The notes under the pieces were generated by a model. It was not told the origin of the DNA. It saw only the letters and a program-made list of their open reading frames with translations, and ran no database searches. From Octopus sinensis (taxonomy: Eukaryota): a DNA stretch of 64,000 bases. How positions within the stretch are numbered: the first letter of the stretch is position 1; the number at the start of each line of letters is the position of its first letter. The position numbers and the translations under genes were made by a program. Positions 1 through 10,674 of this stretch are shown piece by piece. The DNA lies in NCBI RefSeq assembly GCF_006345805.1, contig NC_042998.1:35340001-35404000 (forward strand), in the 5' to 3' direction.

Positions 1-408
1 ACTTTGGCATCGAGAGTTACGCAAATGCTAGAACTGGGCGCCACTGCGTGGTGCCTAGGACTCCAAACTTGCCATCAAGATGTAGGACAAGATTCTGTGA
101 TAGCCTGGGCTTCCGAGGCCCACAGCTCTTCAATATCCTCCCGAAGAACCTGAGAGACCTGCATGGGGTGGATACAGATGTCTTTAAAATGAAACTGGAT
201 CTCTTCCTGTCAGGTGTCCCAGATGAACCAACTTCACGGCAGGAGGGGCAGATGAGGGCAGCTGCATCGAACTCTCTCATGCACCAAATAGCAGTTGCTA
301 GAAAGCCTCCATGAAGTGAAACCAAGTAGCAACACCAAATGGCGGTGCCCCAGCATGGCCACAGCTCATAAGCTGAAACTAGAATCAATCAATCAATCAA
401 TCAATCAA
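1..408 (+). mobile_element. 3' end of a CR1/L2/Jockey-group LINE (ORF2 C-terminus, 3' UTR stem-loop, (ATCA)n tail)
   Basis: ORF 48-314 reads GFRGPQLFNILPKNLRD...FKMKLDLFLSGVPDEP...RAAASNSL, typical of the post-RT C-terminus of this LINE group. It is followed by the 3' UTR motif GGCGGTGCCCCAGCATGGCCACAGCTCATAAGCTGAAAC (341-379) and an ATCA-repeat tail. Cut by the window start. Confidence 0.75.
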
Positions 409-471
409 TATATGTGTGCGTGTGTAGATATATATATGTGTGTGTGCGTGTGTGTGTGTGTGTATGTATAT

Positions 472-518
<47 letters not shown>

Positions 519-557
519 TATATATATATATAATATATATATATGTATATATGTATA

Positions 558-612
<55 letters not shown>
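409..612. repeat. (TA)n/(TG)n microsatellite
   Basis: Direct reading; source of the spurious YIYI/CVCV ORFs. Confidence 0.95.
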
Positions 613-616
<4 letters not shown>

Positions 617-810
617 AATGTGACCGCATGTGTACCGTCGGCGATTTTTTTCCTCCGTCTTCCCTTCCTTGGATGTTTCCTTTTCCTATATTTCTGACGA
701 AGAGCTCCGCTTGAAACGTTAAATCCTCCTTATTTCTTTCCTCTCCTGAGCGTCCAATAACACTTGTTCCACGTCCTCGCGTTGTTGTGTTTTCATGTTT
801 GGATTAACTA
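612..810 (+). mobile_element. ~200-bp interspersed unit embedded in (TA)n, carrying a minimal hammerhead-like motif (Penelope pseudo-LTR-like relic)
   Basis: Second copy at 8928-9100, where the motif is deleted. Related units at ~29270-29450 (+) and ~42640-42835 (-). All lie in or next to TA/CA microsatellites. Confidence 0.55.
690..724 (+). ncRNA. Minimal type I hammerhead-like motif
   Basis: ATTT-CTGACGA-AGAGCTCCGCTT-GAAA-CG-TT-AAAT: core boxes present, 4-bp stem I, weak stem II, cleavage triplet GUU (suboptimal). Confidence 0.4.
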
Positions 811-1020
<210 letters not shown>

Positions 1021-1270
1021 GGGGGCGCAATGGCCAAGTGGTTAGGGCAGCTTATTGAGCGAAAACACCTAAAGCTCCACGAGGCTCCGGCAGGGGGTGG
1101 TGGCGGTCCCTGCTGTACTCTTTCGCCACAACTTTATCTCACTCTTTCTTCTGTTGGCCTGCTCGCTTAGCCAGCGGGGTGGCGTCATTTGAAGGCTAAA
1201 ACAATGCGAAACGCATTGTGACCAGCGATGTGTAGCAACATCTGATAGTCTGGTCGGTCACGGTGATCGC
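1021..1270 (+). mobile_element. Internally deleted tRNA-headed SINE (family C) with a variant tail
   Basis: Head GGCGCAATGGCCAAGTGGTTAGGGCAGC matches the copy at 46354. Tail TTGGCCTGCTCGCTTAGCCAGCGGGGTGGCG... recurs at ~42506-42630. Confidence 0.75.
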
Positions 1271-1274
1271 GGTG

Positions 1275-1362
<88 letters not shown>

Positions 1363-1377
1363 ATATATCTTTGCAAG

Positions 1378-1800
1378 TCGCAGTAAAGTCCTTTCGAACG
1401 GAACAGCCATGTTGAAGTGGCTACGTATATTACTTGTGAGTTCAACAACTGCGGTCATGTCTTGGAAGTAACTTTTTGCTTGTTGCAAAATCAGTGACTG
1501 TGTGTTCACTTGAATTTATATATATTGCAAGCTACTGCCATCTCTAGCAGACGTGGTGTCCAGTACTGAAGAGAGGCAGAAGTAGCTCGAAACCAGGCTG
1601 GTATGCTGGTTCCGTCGCTAGATGGCAGGGGTTCGTTCCCCTGACTCGTAATATATCGGATGCACGTATGCATCGTTAACCAACTAGAGGAGATGTCTTC
1701 TTAGGGATAAAAAATCGCAGTAAAGTCCGTTCGGTGGAACAGCCATGTTGAAGTGTCTATGAACATGACTTGTTAGTACAACAACTGCGTTGATCTCTTA
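1378..1800 (+). repeat. Degenerate ~85-bp direct repeats (1378-1460 and 1715-1800; period 337 bp) bracketing a hammerhead
   Basis: Both start TCGCAGTAAAGTCC..., share GGAACAGCCATGTTGAAGTG, and end ...CAACAACTGCG. Confidence 0.8.
1560..1609 (+). ncRNA. Type I hammerhead ribozyme (predicted cleavage after GUA, position 1603)
   Basis: Stem I CCAGTA(1560-65)/TGCTGG(1604-09). Core CTGAAGA (1566-72). Stem II GAG...CTC (1573-88). GAAA (1589-92). Stem III ACCA-ggc-TGGT, then A1603. Outer stem CTGCCAT..CTAGC..GACG (1535-1553) / CGTC-GCTAG-ATGGCAG (1613-1628). Confidence 0.75.
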
Positions 1801-3308
1801 GGGAGATTTTAGAACAGGCCTTTTTGCTTATAATTTAGTACTTATTTCTTTATTCAATAAATGAAGAATTATTATTAAAAACGCATAAATCCGAAGCTTT
1901 TTGGCAATATTTTTTTTTTAATATTTGGACGTTTCCAATATCAAAATACCCATTTTTCATCTTCAGTGAAACGACGCCGCTCTCTCCGTGCTTTTTTTTT
2001 TTTTTTTTTCTAAATTTAAAGATATTGATTGAAGAAAATATTCCAGTTCATAGAAATATAAAAGAGAAAACTGAATTAAAACAAAAACAGCTGAAAGATA
2101 TTCTTCTGCGATAAAAATCAAAAATTACGTCAATGGATGTCATAGAATATATCTCTTTTTCACAAGACTTCAAACCAACAACAGATGGAAATTTGATATT
2201 TATCTGCGTTTAAGGATGAATAATACACGTTTACTTACTCCTTCTGACTTATATAAATTTCAAATACAACACGAATAATTTCTTTTATCGTAGTTTGATA
2301 TTTTTAAGGGACTGGCAAAATGAATAATTTCTGGGGGGTTTTTTTTTTTTTTTGCTATTTTCTTTCAACCTGTTTCACACCATTATATTCTAAGTAGTGC
2401 ACCATCATTTTGTAGTTCCATCATCTTTGGGAGTAGAAGTCGTTCAGTATTGTTGTTGTTGTTGTTGAGGTTGGAAGAGTTTGAAACAAAGCAGACAGGA
2501 TTTTTGTTTGTTTTTTTGTTTTGTTTTTTTTTTGTTTTTTCAAGAATTTTTTCTTCAAATTTGACCTGAATGTAATTAAGGCTGCTTATAAAATATCCGG
2601 ATAATTTTTGATGTTAACAATCTCAATTCTTTTCTCAATTGGGTTCCAAGTGAATATTTTCCTATACTAACTACTAATTTTCAATTTTCAAAGAAATTAT
2701 GTCCTAGGTGGGGCAAAGTAAGTAATAACTAAGTTCAATAACGTCCTTTTAAATATATGGTGCGTAGATATATCTAGGAAGAGAGTCACCCCAGCAAATC
2801 ATGAAGAAGCTACGAAGAATATTTTATGTTAGGGTCTTAGATTTAGTCGAGTTTTGCTCATTTCTTATCATGTGCCATTTTTCCATATTCTTCTTTCGTA
2901 TACCTATGCCTCAGATATTTTAAATTTTTGTTGCATTTCTCGATTTTCTGATGACTAAGAATAGATAATGATGTGTACGAGATTTTTTCAAATGGAGAAT
3001 AATTAAAGTGGCAAATTTACCTTATTTTGTCTTGCTCATTTTGCCCTGCCTAAATTTACCTTTAGCATGTTCAAAGTAAACGGAGATAATTTTCTGAAAA
3101 AGTATTCTTAATATGCTATAGTGTTTTTAATGCATTTAGTGAAAGTCATTTGCTTGGCTGATTTAGTTTGTATAAGATAGTAAACACTTGTAAAAAATCT
3201 TTTTCTCGGGGTCAGAAATGCAGTAAATATTACTCATTGTGTCACACACCTACTCTTTTTAAAGGACGCAATTCTAAAGATACTCCTTTTAACAGGAGTA
3301 CCTTTATG

Positions 3309-3703
3309 GGCGCAGGAGTGGCTGTGCGGTAAGTAGCTTGCTTACCAACCACATGGTTCCGGGTTCAGTCCCACTGTGTGGAACCTTGAGCAAGTGTCTG
3401 CTACTATAGCCTCGGGCCGACCAAAGCCTTGTGAGTGGATTTGATAGACGGAAACTGAAAGAAGCCCGTTGTATATATGTAGTGTGTGCTAGTTTGTGTG
3501 TCTGTGTTTGTACCCCCAACATCGCTTGACAACCAACGCCGGTGTGTTTACGTCCCCGTCACTTAGCGGTTCGGCAAAAGCGACCGGTAGAATAAGTACT
3601 AGGCTTACAAAGAATAAGTCCTGAGGTCGATTTGCTCGACTAAAAGGCGGTGCTCCAGCATGGCCTCAGTCAAATGACTGAAGCAAGTAAAAGAGTAAAA
3701 GAG
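3309..3703 (+). mobile_element. Composite SINE family B, full-length (tRNA-like head, CORE-like segment, RTE-like tail, microsatellite, second module, CR1/L2-type tail)
   Basis: GGAGTGGCTGTGCGGTAAG head; GGTTCAGTCCC B-box-like motif; CCTTGAGCAAGTG; GTGGATTTGATAGACGGAAACTGAAAGAAGCCC; ends GGCGGTGCTCCAGCATGG...CAGTCAAATGACTG and GTAAAAGA repeats. Many copies in the window. Confidence 0.85.
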
Positions 3704-3819
3704 CAACATTATTTTTGCGAATGGCATCGGTTTTCTGGAATGCCGTCGATTTGTGTGTCAGTGTGAGAATATGGTCAGTTTTTGCTTGTATAAGGTGTTA
3801 TTATAATTACGCTTGTAAA

Positions 3820-4260
3820 GGGCGGCGAGCTGGCAGAAACGTTAACGCGCCGGGTGAAATGCTTAGCGGTATTTCGTCTGCCTTTACGTTCTGAGTTCAA
3901 ATTCCGCCGAGGTCGACTTTGCCTTTCATCCTTTCGAGGTCGAAAAATTTAGTACCAGTTACGCACTGGGGCCGATGTAATCGACCTAATCCCTTTGTCT
4001 GTCCTTGTTTGTCCCCTCTATGTTTCGCCCCCTGTAGGCAATAAATAAATAAATAAATCATTACGCTTGTAAATTAAAGGGGCAAACTGGCAAAATCGTT
4101 TGTGCCGCATTATTTCGGCTCCTTACATTCCAGGTTTATATATCGCCGAGGTCAACCTTACCTTTCAGGGTCCATGAAATAAAGCACCAGTCAAGTCCTT
4201 TATACATCGACTCTGCTCTAATAAACTGACCCCCTCCCCTCAAAACTGCTAACCTTATGC
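3820..4260 (+). mobile_element. Two SINE family A copies (the first flanked by a 14-bp TSD)
   Basis: Head GGCGGCGAGCTGGCAGAA, B box GAGTTCAAATTCC, central GCCTTTCATCCTTTCGAGGTCGA. TSD ATTACGCTTGTAAA at 3806-3819 and 4060-4073. The second copy is degraded. Confidence 0.85.
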
Positions 4261-4279
4261 TAATATTAGAACTAATTTT

Positions 4280-4900
4280 AAGGCGGCAAGCTGGCAGAAA
4301 CGTTAGCACGCCGGACGAAATGCTTAGCGGTATTTCGTCTGCCTTTACGTTCTGAGTTCAAATTCCGCTGAGATCGACTTTGCCTTTCATCCTTTCGGGG
4401 TCGATGAATTAAAAACCAGTTGCCTACTGGGGTTGACCTAATCGACTTGCTCCCTCCCCAAAAAATTCAGGCCTTGTGCCTTGAGTAGAAAAGATTCTTT
4501 AAAAGGCGGTGAGCTGGCAGAAACGTTAGCACGCCGGGCGAAATTCCTAGCGGTATTTCGTCTGCCGTTACGTTGTGAGTTCAAATTCCGCCGAGGTCAA
4601 CTTTGCCTTTCATCCTTTCGGGGTCGATAAATTAAGTACCAGTTACGCACTGGGGTCGATGTAATCGACTTGATCCCTTTGTCTGTCCGTGTTTGTCCTG
4701 TCTTTGTTTAACCCCTTGTGGGTAGTAAAGAAATAGGTATTTCGTCTGTCTTTACGTTCTAAGTTCAAATGCCGCTGCGGTCGACTTTGCCTTTCATCCT
4801 TTCGGGGTCGATAAATTAAGTACCAGTTGCATACTGAGGTTAATCTACTCGACTGGCCCCTCCCCCAAAATTTGGAGTCTTGTACCTAGTGAAGAAAAGA
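4280..4900 (+). mobile_element. SINE family A trimer
   Basis: Units at ~4280, ~4503 and a headless unit at ~4737. One 17-bp direct repeat ATATTAGAACTAATTTT at 4263-4279 and 4901-4917 brackets all three. Confidence 0.85.
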
Positions 4901-4959
4901 ATATTAGAACTAATTTTTATTTATGTGAGTATAATAATGTCCACTCACTAAATATTGGC

Positions 4960-5175
4960 TTCTAATTTCGGCACAGGGCCAGAAATTTCAGGGGACGAAG
5001 TAAGTCGATTGCATAGAACCCGTTTTTCAACTGGTATTTATTTTATCAATCAGGAAAGGGTGAAAAACAAAGTCGGCCCCAGTGACATTTGAGCACAGAA
5101 CGTGAAGTCGGAAGAAATATCACTAAGAATGTTCCCGGCGCGGTAACTATCCTGCCAGCTCGCTGCCTTTTACAC
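4960..5175 (-). mobile_element. Degraded SINE family A copy
   Basis: Reverse complement of the head (CCTGCCAGCTCGCTGCCTT at ~5153-5172) and of the central domain. Confidence 0.7.
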
Positions 5176-5669
5176 CCTAAATATTCCAAGCAAGAAATCC
5201 GAAATTTATTCTCAAAAGCGTCCGTGCTTTTATTTTCATTTTCACGAGCAAATGTCCATGTGTACTTCATAGTTTTTTAGCATCTAAATAACCATCTAAG
5301 CTCCGTATAAAAATTATACCTCTGTGTATTGAATACATATCGATGCAAATTTGTTCAAATGAGTTTTCAATAATTTGCTGATTATGAAATTATCCATTTC
5401 AGCAATTTGATCGTCAACTTTTTGCTATTTTAATTCGACCGCGAATGATTTTGAAATGAGTATCTCCCTATGAAGAGATTCAGTGCATTTGGATAATATT
5501 AAGAATTTTCTGCCGAGCTGTTTATTGAAACTTAACAGGACAGACCCCACCCAGTCCATCATTACAAATTACTTTCTATGCTCATCCACATTTTCAAAAT
5601 TGGTAGATAAAATATCAGAGATATATGACCTCTTGTCGAACAATTCATTCTTTTGCAGTAAAGAAAACG

Positions 5670-5985
5670 ATTATGGGTAAAGATTATTTGCCGACATGAC
5701 GTGGCAGTCCTGGAAAATAAAAAATAGACATTTCTATTTGTAAATCTCTCAACGAAAGACATTCAGTAACAGTACTCTAGAGTAAAGTTTATTTGCCAAC
5801 ATAACATGGCAGTCCTGGTTTAGGACGAATATTACTGTTATTTAGCCCCAGGAAACATCGTCTCCAGCTGGCTATACGACACACTATCAATGTCCTTATA
5901 TTTTCGGACAAGGGAGTTTAGCATCCCCACTCAGCACAAAACAATATCTGTGTATCGCGATTCCTGGGTTATTTCCTTCCGTCAG
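5670..5985. mobile_element. Non-autonomous DNA-transposon-like repeat with an internal TATTTGCCAACATAA..GGCAGTCCTGG motif
   Basis: Homologous copy at ~21598-21990, where the motif also appears inverted (TTATGTTGGCAAATA at ~21926-21940). Confidence 0.55.
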
Positions 5986-6149
5986 CACAGAATAACTGTT
6001 CGGCATTTATCTGAGAAACAAACACTGAAAGGAATTGTGTTTTGTTACGAGTCAGTAGAGTCGTTAGTCTGTGAATTGAATTCTGGTTCTTTCTGTACAT
6101 TTTTTCCGGCATCTGTAGGTAGCACCATAATTCCTCAATAAACTGTATT

Positions 6150-6545
6150 TGATAGGTTAATTTTGTTTATTTCTTGTTCCGTTTCGTTTTCTAACATGTT
6201 TTTAATCGTCCTTCGACATTCATAATAATTGACTTAAGTAAAGAGTCTGCTTTCGTTTCCTTACAACCATTTCAGAAATTTGAAGTGAAGTGATTTGAAC
6301 ATTTTTCAGAAACTCTCAAAGTATTTAAAAAAATATTGCCTGTACTTTAATTGCTGTTCTGTCAAACTTTTAATTTTTTTTAAATATGGATGTTTAAATG
6401 TAAAATAGATATCGCTTTTAATAACTACATACCATTGTTTCTTCCAAAATATTTCTCTTCTCACAACCGACAATAAGGATGTTTGATTCTCGTCTGCGGC
6501 CCGAGAGACACTAAAATTTAAATAACTGTCGAAATATTGGCAATT
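6150..6545 (-). pseudogene. Possible highly decayed Penelope-like RT fragment
   Basis: Minus-strand pieces (NILIVGCEK, DIYFTFKH, RKRKQTLYL) loosely follow the order of Penelope RT motifs. No intact YxDD; weak. Confidence 0.2.
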
Positions 6546-7235
6546 ATGCTGTATCATCACTTTTTAACGCTAGACCTAGTTCACTTTCAGATTTGCAGCC
6601 ATCATTATTACGATTCTACGGAATAAATATATTCATTCTTATTGGTAATATTTACCGTAAATGAATTAATATGTACAAATCACTGTCACTTGTCGCTCTA
6701 AATTAACTTTAGTTGACTAGTTTACGACTATATTTTGCAATATTTTAATGAAAAATATATTTCATATATTTAATGTTTTTTAATATTTTTTTTCTCCTAG
6801 CATATCTAAATATCTCACACAGATCATAGTAGATCATTGGGTCGCGGAGCATGCGCAGAAGAAATATCCTCCTCTACCTATCAGACTGTAACAAAACATC
6901 TTACAGCGACACAAAAAAAAGTGGATACTAATTTTTGGTATAAGCATTCCTTTATTTATTTAATTATTTATTTATTGAGATAAACGAATGAGACAACGTG
7001 ATGCGCATACTTTTCTCAAGTTCATTAGCTGTATATTTCAAGTGGATTATTTTCAGACGAATATTGAGACCATGTAGCAAATTGATTGCTACATGAAGTA
7101 CATTACTTCATATTCCATGGTTGGTCTATATTTATTTTGTTGTTAGTTTAGCATGAATACACAATAAGTGTGGCTTGTGAAGCTCCATGGTTTTTGAAAA
7201 CGCTCAAGAAATATTTTGAGAGAAATGAAATAGAT

Positions 7236-7570
7236 GCAGGAGTGGCTGTGTGGTAAGAAGTTTGCTTCCCAACCACATGGTTCTGGGTTCTGTCCTCTTC
7301 CTGACAACTTGGCCGGGTGTCTTCTACTATAGCTTCGGGAGGATTATAGCCTTGTGAGTGAATTTGGTAGAGGGAAACTGAAAGAAGCTCGTCGTACGAT
7401 TGTGTGTGTTTGCCCCTGTAGCTTAGCAGTTCGACAAAAGACGCCGATTTACCAGGCTTATAAAAAAAGGAAATACTGGGGGTCAGTTCGTTCGACTAAA
7501 GTTCTTCAAGGTGGTGCCCCAGCATGGCCACAGTCTTTTGACTGAAACAAGTAAACGATAAAAGAAAGAA
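7236..7570 (+). mobile_element. SINE family B (shortened second module)
   Basis: Same head and RTE-like segment as 3309; tail CAGCATGGCCACAGTCTTTTGACTGAAAC. Confidence 0.8.
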
Positions 7571-7604
7571 AAGACTGATATGAATGAACCACCATGTTAT
7601 TTCA

Positions 7605-8018
7605 TATTTCTTTATTACCCACAAGGGGTTAAACATAGGAGAGACAAACAAGGACAGACAAAGGGATCAAGTCGATTACATCGACCCCAGTGTGTAACTG
7701 GTACTTAATTTATCGACCCCGAAAAGATGAAAGGCAAAGTCGGCCACGGCGGAATTTGAATCCAGAACGTAACGGCAGACGAAATGCCTATTTCTTTACT
7801 ACCCACAAGGGGCTAAACACAGAGAGGACAAACAAGAACAGACAAACGGACTAAGTCGATTATATCGACCCCAGTGTGTAACTGGTACTTAATTTATCGA
7901 CCCCGAAAGGATGAAAGGCAAAGTCGACCTCGGCGGAATTTGAACATGCAACGTAACGGCAGACGAAATACCGCTAAGCATTTCGCCCGGCGTGCTAACG
8001 TTTCTGCCACCTCGCCGC
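7605..8018 (-). mobile_element. SINE family A multimer
   Basis: Reverse complement of the head at ~8018, followed by a headless repeat joined at the ..AAAGAAATAG|GCATTTCGTCTG junction. Confidence 0.85.
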
Positions 8019-8927
8019 CATACCATCATGTTATTTCAGAACGGAACAGACTATGATCAAATGCTTAATAAAAATTTGTTAAAATATATTTTTATTGTCA
8101 TGTTCGTGCTTCCGTAGCCAGCCCGGAATTGTAAAAATTATTTGAACAAAACTAAAAATTATTCATTTCAAATGCTAAACATTTGTAAAGCCGAATGTAA
8201 CTTCCACACGCATTAAAAATGTGCAACGCAGGTGTAAACACGCGTGATATGTCGCGGTAGTGTATATGCTTAATATACGTGATAAAGTGTTCTCAATTCA
8301 ATATATACTTCTCAATTATTCAACGTTATGTAAAAAGTAATATCATAAAAACTATTTTAAAAATATCGAGAGGAGTTTTGCTGTTTAAGAGAGATTTTTA
8401 TTTATCATTAATTATTTCAGGATTTGTGTTGAATTTTTCGCAAAGTTTGTTTTATATTTTCTCATTCGTATTCTAACGAGCTTAAAGTACCTCAAGTACA
8501 GTTAAATAATGTATCTAATATCGATTCTACTTCGAGATAGCTTTGACAGGAATGACTGACACATTACAGTTCTGTAGAGATAACTGAACTAAAAGCAGTT
8601 TATAACTGGTACTTGTTTTATCAACCACGAGGAACGAGTAAGCAACGGTTGAGGTGGGAAACGTCTTCGAGGGCGTATTTGACTTGGAATAATAAGACGG
8701 CGTTTGTGCGTTAAAAAAAATATTTGCACAACTGCTCCAGCTCTATAGAAATGCTGTTGCACCTGCCTTGTTCCCTGCAACACTTATGTTATATATAAGC
8801 ACGTGGCTGCTCGAACTGAACTTGGTTCCGAGTTCAGTCCGACTCTGCATGACAACTTCGGGCCGACCAAAGCCTTGTGATTGGATTTCGTAGACGGAAA
8901 CTGAAACAAGCCTGTCGTATATATATA

Positions 8928-9100
8928 TTCAAAATGTGACCGCGTGTGTATCGTTGGCGATATTTTTCCTCCGTCTTCTCTTCCTCAGATCTTCCCTTTT
9001 CCTATGTTTCTAACGAAACATAGTCCAATAACACTACACTTGGTCCACGTCCTCGCATTGTTGTGTTTTCTCTTTGTGTTTTCATGTTTGGATTAACTAT
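8928..9100 (+). mobile_element. Second copy of the 612-810 unit, hammerhead region deleted
   Basis: TCAAAATGTGACCGCGTGTGTA...TTTTCATGTTTGGATTAACTA matches the 612-810 termini. Confidence 0.7.
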
Positions 9101-9210
9101 ATAATTTTTTCCCCATATCTTCGACAACTCCTAAAAAACTACCCAAGATTTTGTCCTTCTGCTTGCATTGACGGAACTCCAGTCTATTGAGAATGATGTC
9201 CTTTTATCAT

Positions 9211-9386
9211 TCAGTACGTCACTCTTTTAATTATGTCTTTATAATGCCGAACAGGTCCTAGATACACTTTGCGTATCTGACGCCAGTGCTGCATTGCGTC
9301 CGGCCATTCAAGTGATATTTCATTTTCAATTGTCCAGTCAGCTAACGCATCGTTATCATCATTAACATCGTCGTCATCTCTCGTTA
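9211..9386 (-). other. Candidate coding exon or transposase relic (unidentified)
   Basis: After the acceptor-like CCATGTCTCCATAG, the open frame reads TRDDDDVNDDNDALADWTIENEISLEWPDAMQHWRQIRKVYLGPVRHYKDIIKRVTY*. No family recognised. Confidence 0.2.
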
Positions 9387-9718
9387 CTATGGAGACATGG
9401 TCTCATTGTCGTAAATGTCTTCTTCTAGTGTTAGTCTTATTATTATTATTGTCTTTTTTATTATTGTTATCTTCTCTGTTTGTTGGTTATTTCTTTTGCA
9501 ATTATCATGGAAACATTTGGTAAGCAAATTCTGTAGTTCAGAAATGTTTCTAAAATTCAACAATTTATTATCTGTTAATGCATTTGGCATTTAAAAGAAG
9601 AAAAACAAAATGATAATAATCGATGTGCTTATAGAGACACTTGCTAACATACGAGTACAGAAAAATATATAATAACAGTCTGTATAAATGCATTCGTGTA
9701 AGTTCGGGTGTCTGTATA

Positions 9719-9770
<52 letters not shown>

Positions 9771-10365
9771 AGAGAGAAAGTCCGGATAGTCTCATTTAAA
9801 AGATGACAGTTATTTTAAAGCTTCACGAAAACTAACTACTCTGACATAGTATGTATGTATAAAATTTGTGTGCGCTAATTGTATATATGCATATATACAA
9901 TTTGTGTGTCTGTGTGTGTGTGTGTACGTACATATATTAACAAAATTGCAAAACAGACGACATTGTTAAGCCAGAAGCCAGTAAGATCATTTTATTATGC
10001 CAAGTGAGCTACCAAAACCAAATGCTTACTTCCAGGCAATTATCTATGCAAATCTTTACTATTTGAAAAGCAAATTATTTTTGTCCAATACCTTACCTAT
10101 CAACTACGTGAGAAAAAGTATAAATTGGAATTTTTAATTCTATCTAATTGTATTCTTGGTGTCCAAACGCTTTTCGCAGAGCTCAATGTGCAGATGGAAA
10201 TCATATCTGCTGCATCGTCATAAAGGCAAATTTGTAAAATCGAATATTAATCAGTGACTATAGACTGTTATTTTGCATCAGCACATAGTAATTCCAGTTG
10301 GCTTTCTAATGCTCACTGTCCTAAATATCTTAACACTATTGTCTAATATAAGTGTGTGTGTATAT

Positions 10366-10399
<34 letters not shown>

Positions 10400-10421
10400 C
10401 ATACATGCATACCAACATACA

Positions 10422-10456
<35 letters not shown>

Positions 10457-10457
10457 G

Positions 10458-10535
<78 letters not shown>

Positions 10536-10637
10536 TAATACTAATATATAATTATATATTGGTATTAATTGGTACCGATATGGTTTTTTATTACATGCTG
10601 ACCACCTGATAAAATCTTTATAATGCTTTTATCCTTA

Positions 10638-10674
<37 letters not shown>

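Noticed and set aside
1925-1975. Minus-strand CTGAAGA...GGAAACGTC hammerhead-like boxes (similar partial hits near 39690-39730 and 45945-45970)
   Set aside because: Stem I does not pair or core nucleotides are altered; at most decayed relics.
3820-4900. Regularly repeated units resembling a CRISPR-like array
   Set aside because: Units are ~200-bp SINE monomers with Pol III boxes, with no short repeat/unique spacer pattern; eukaryotic context and no cas genes.
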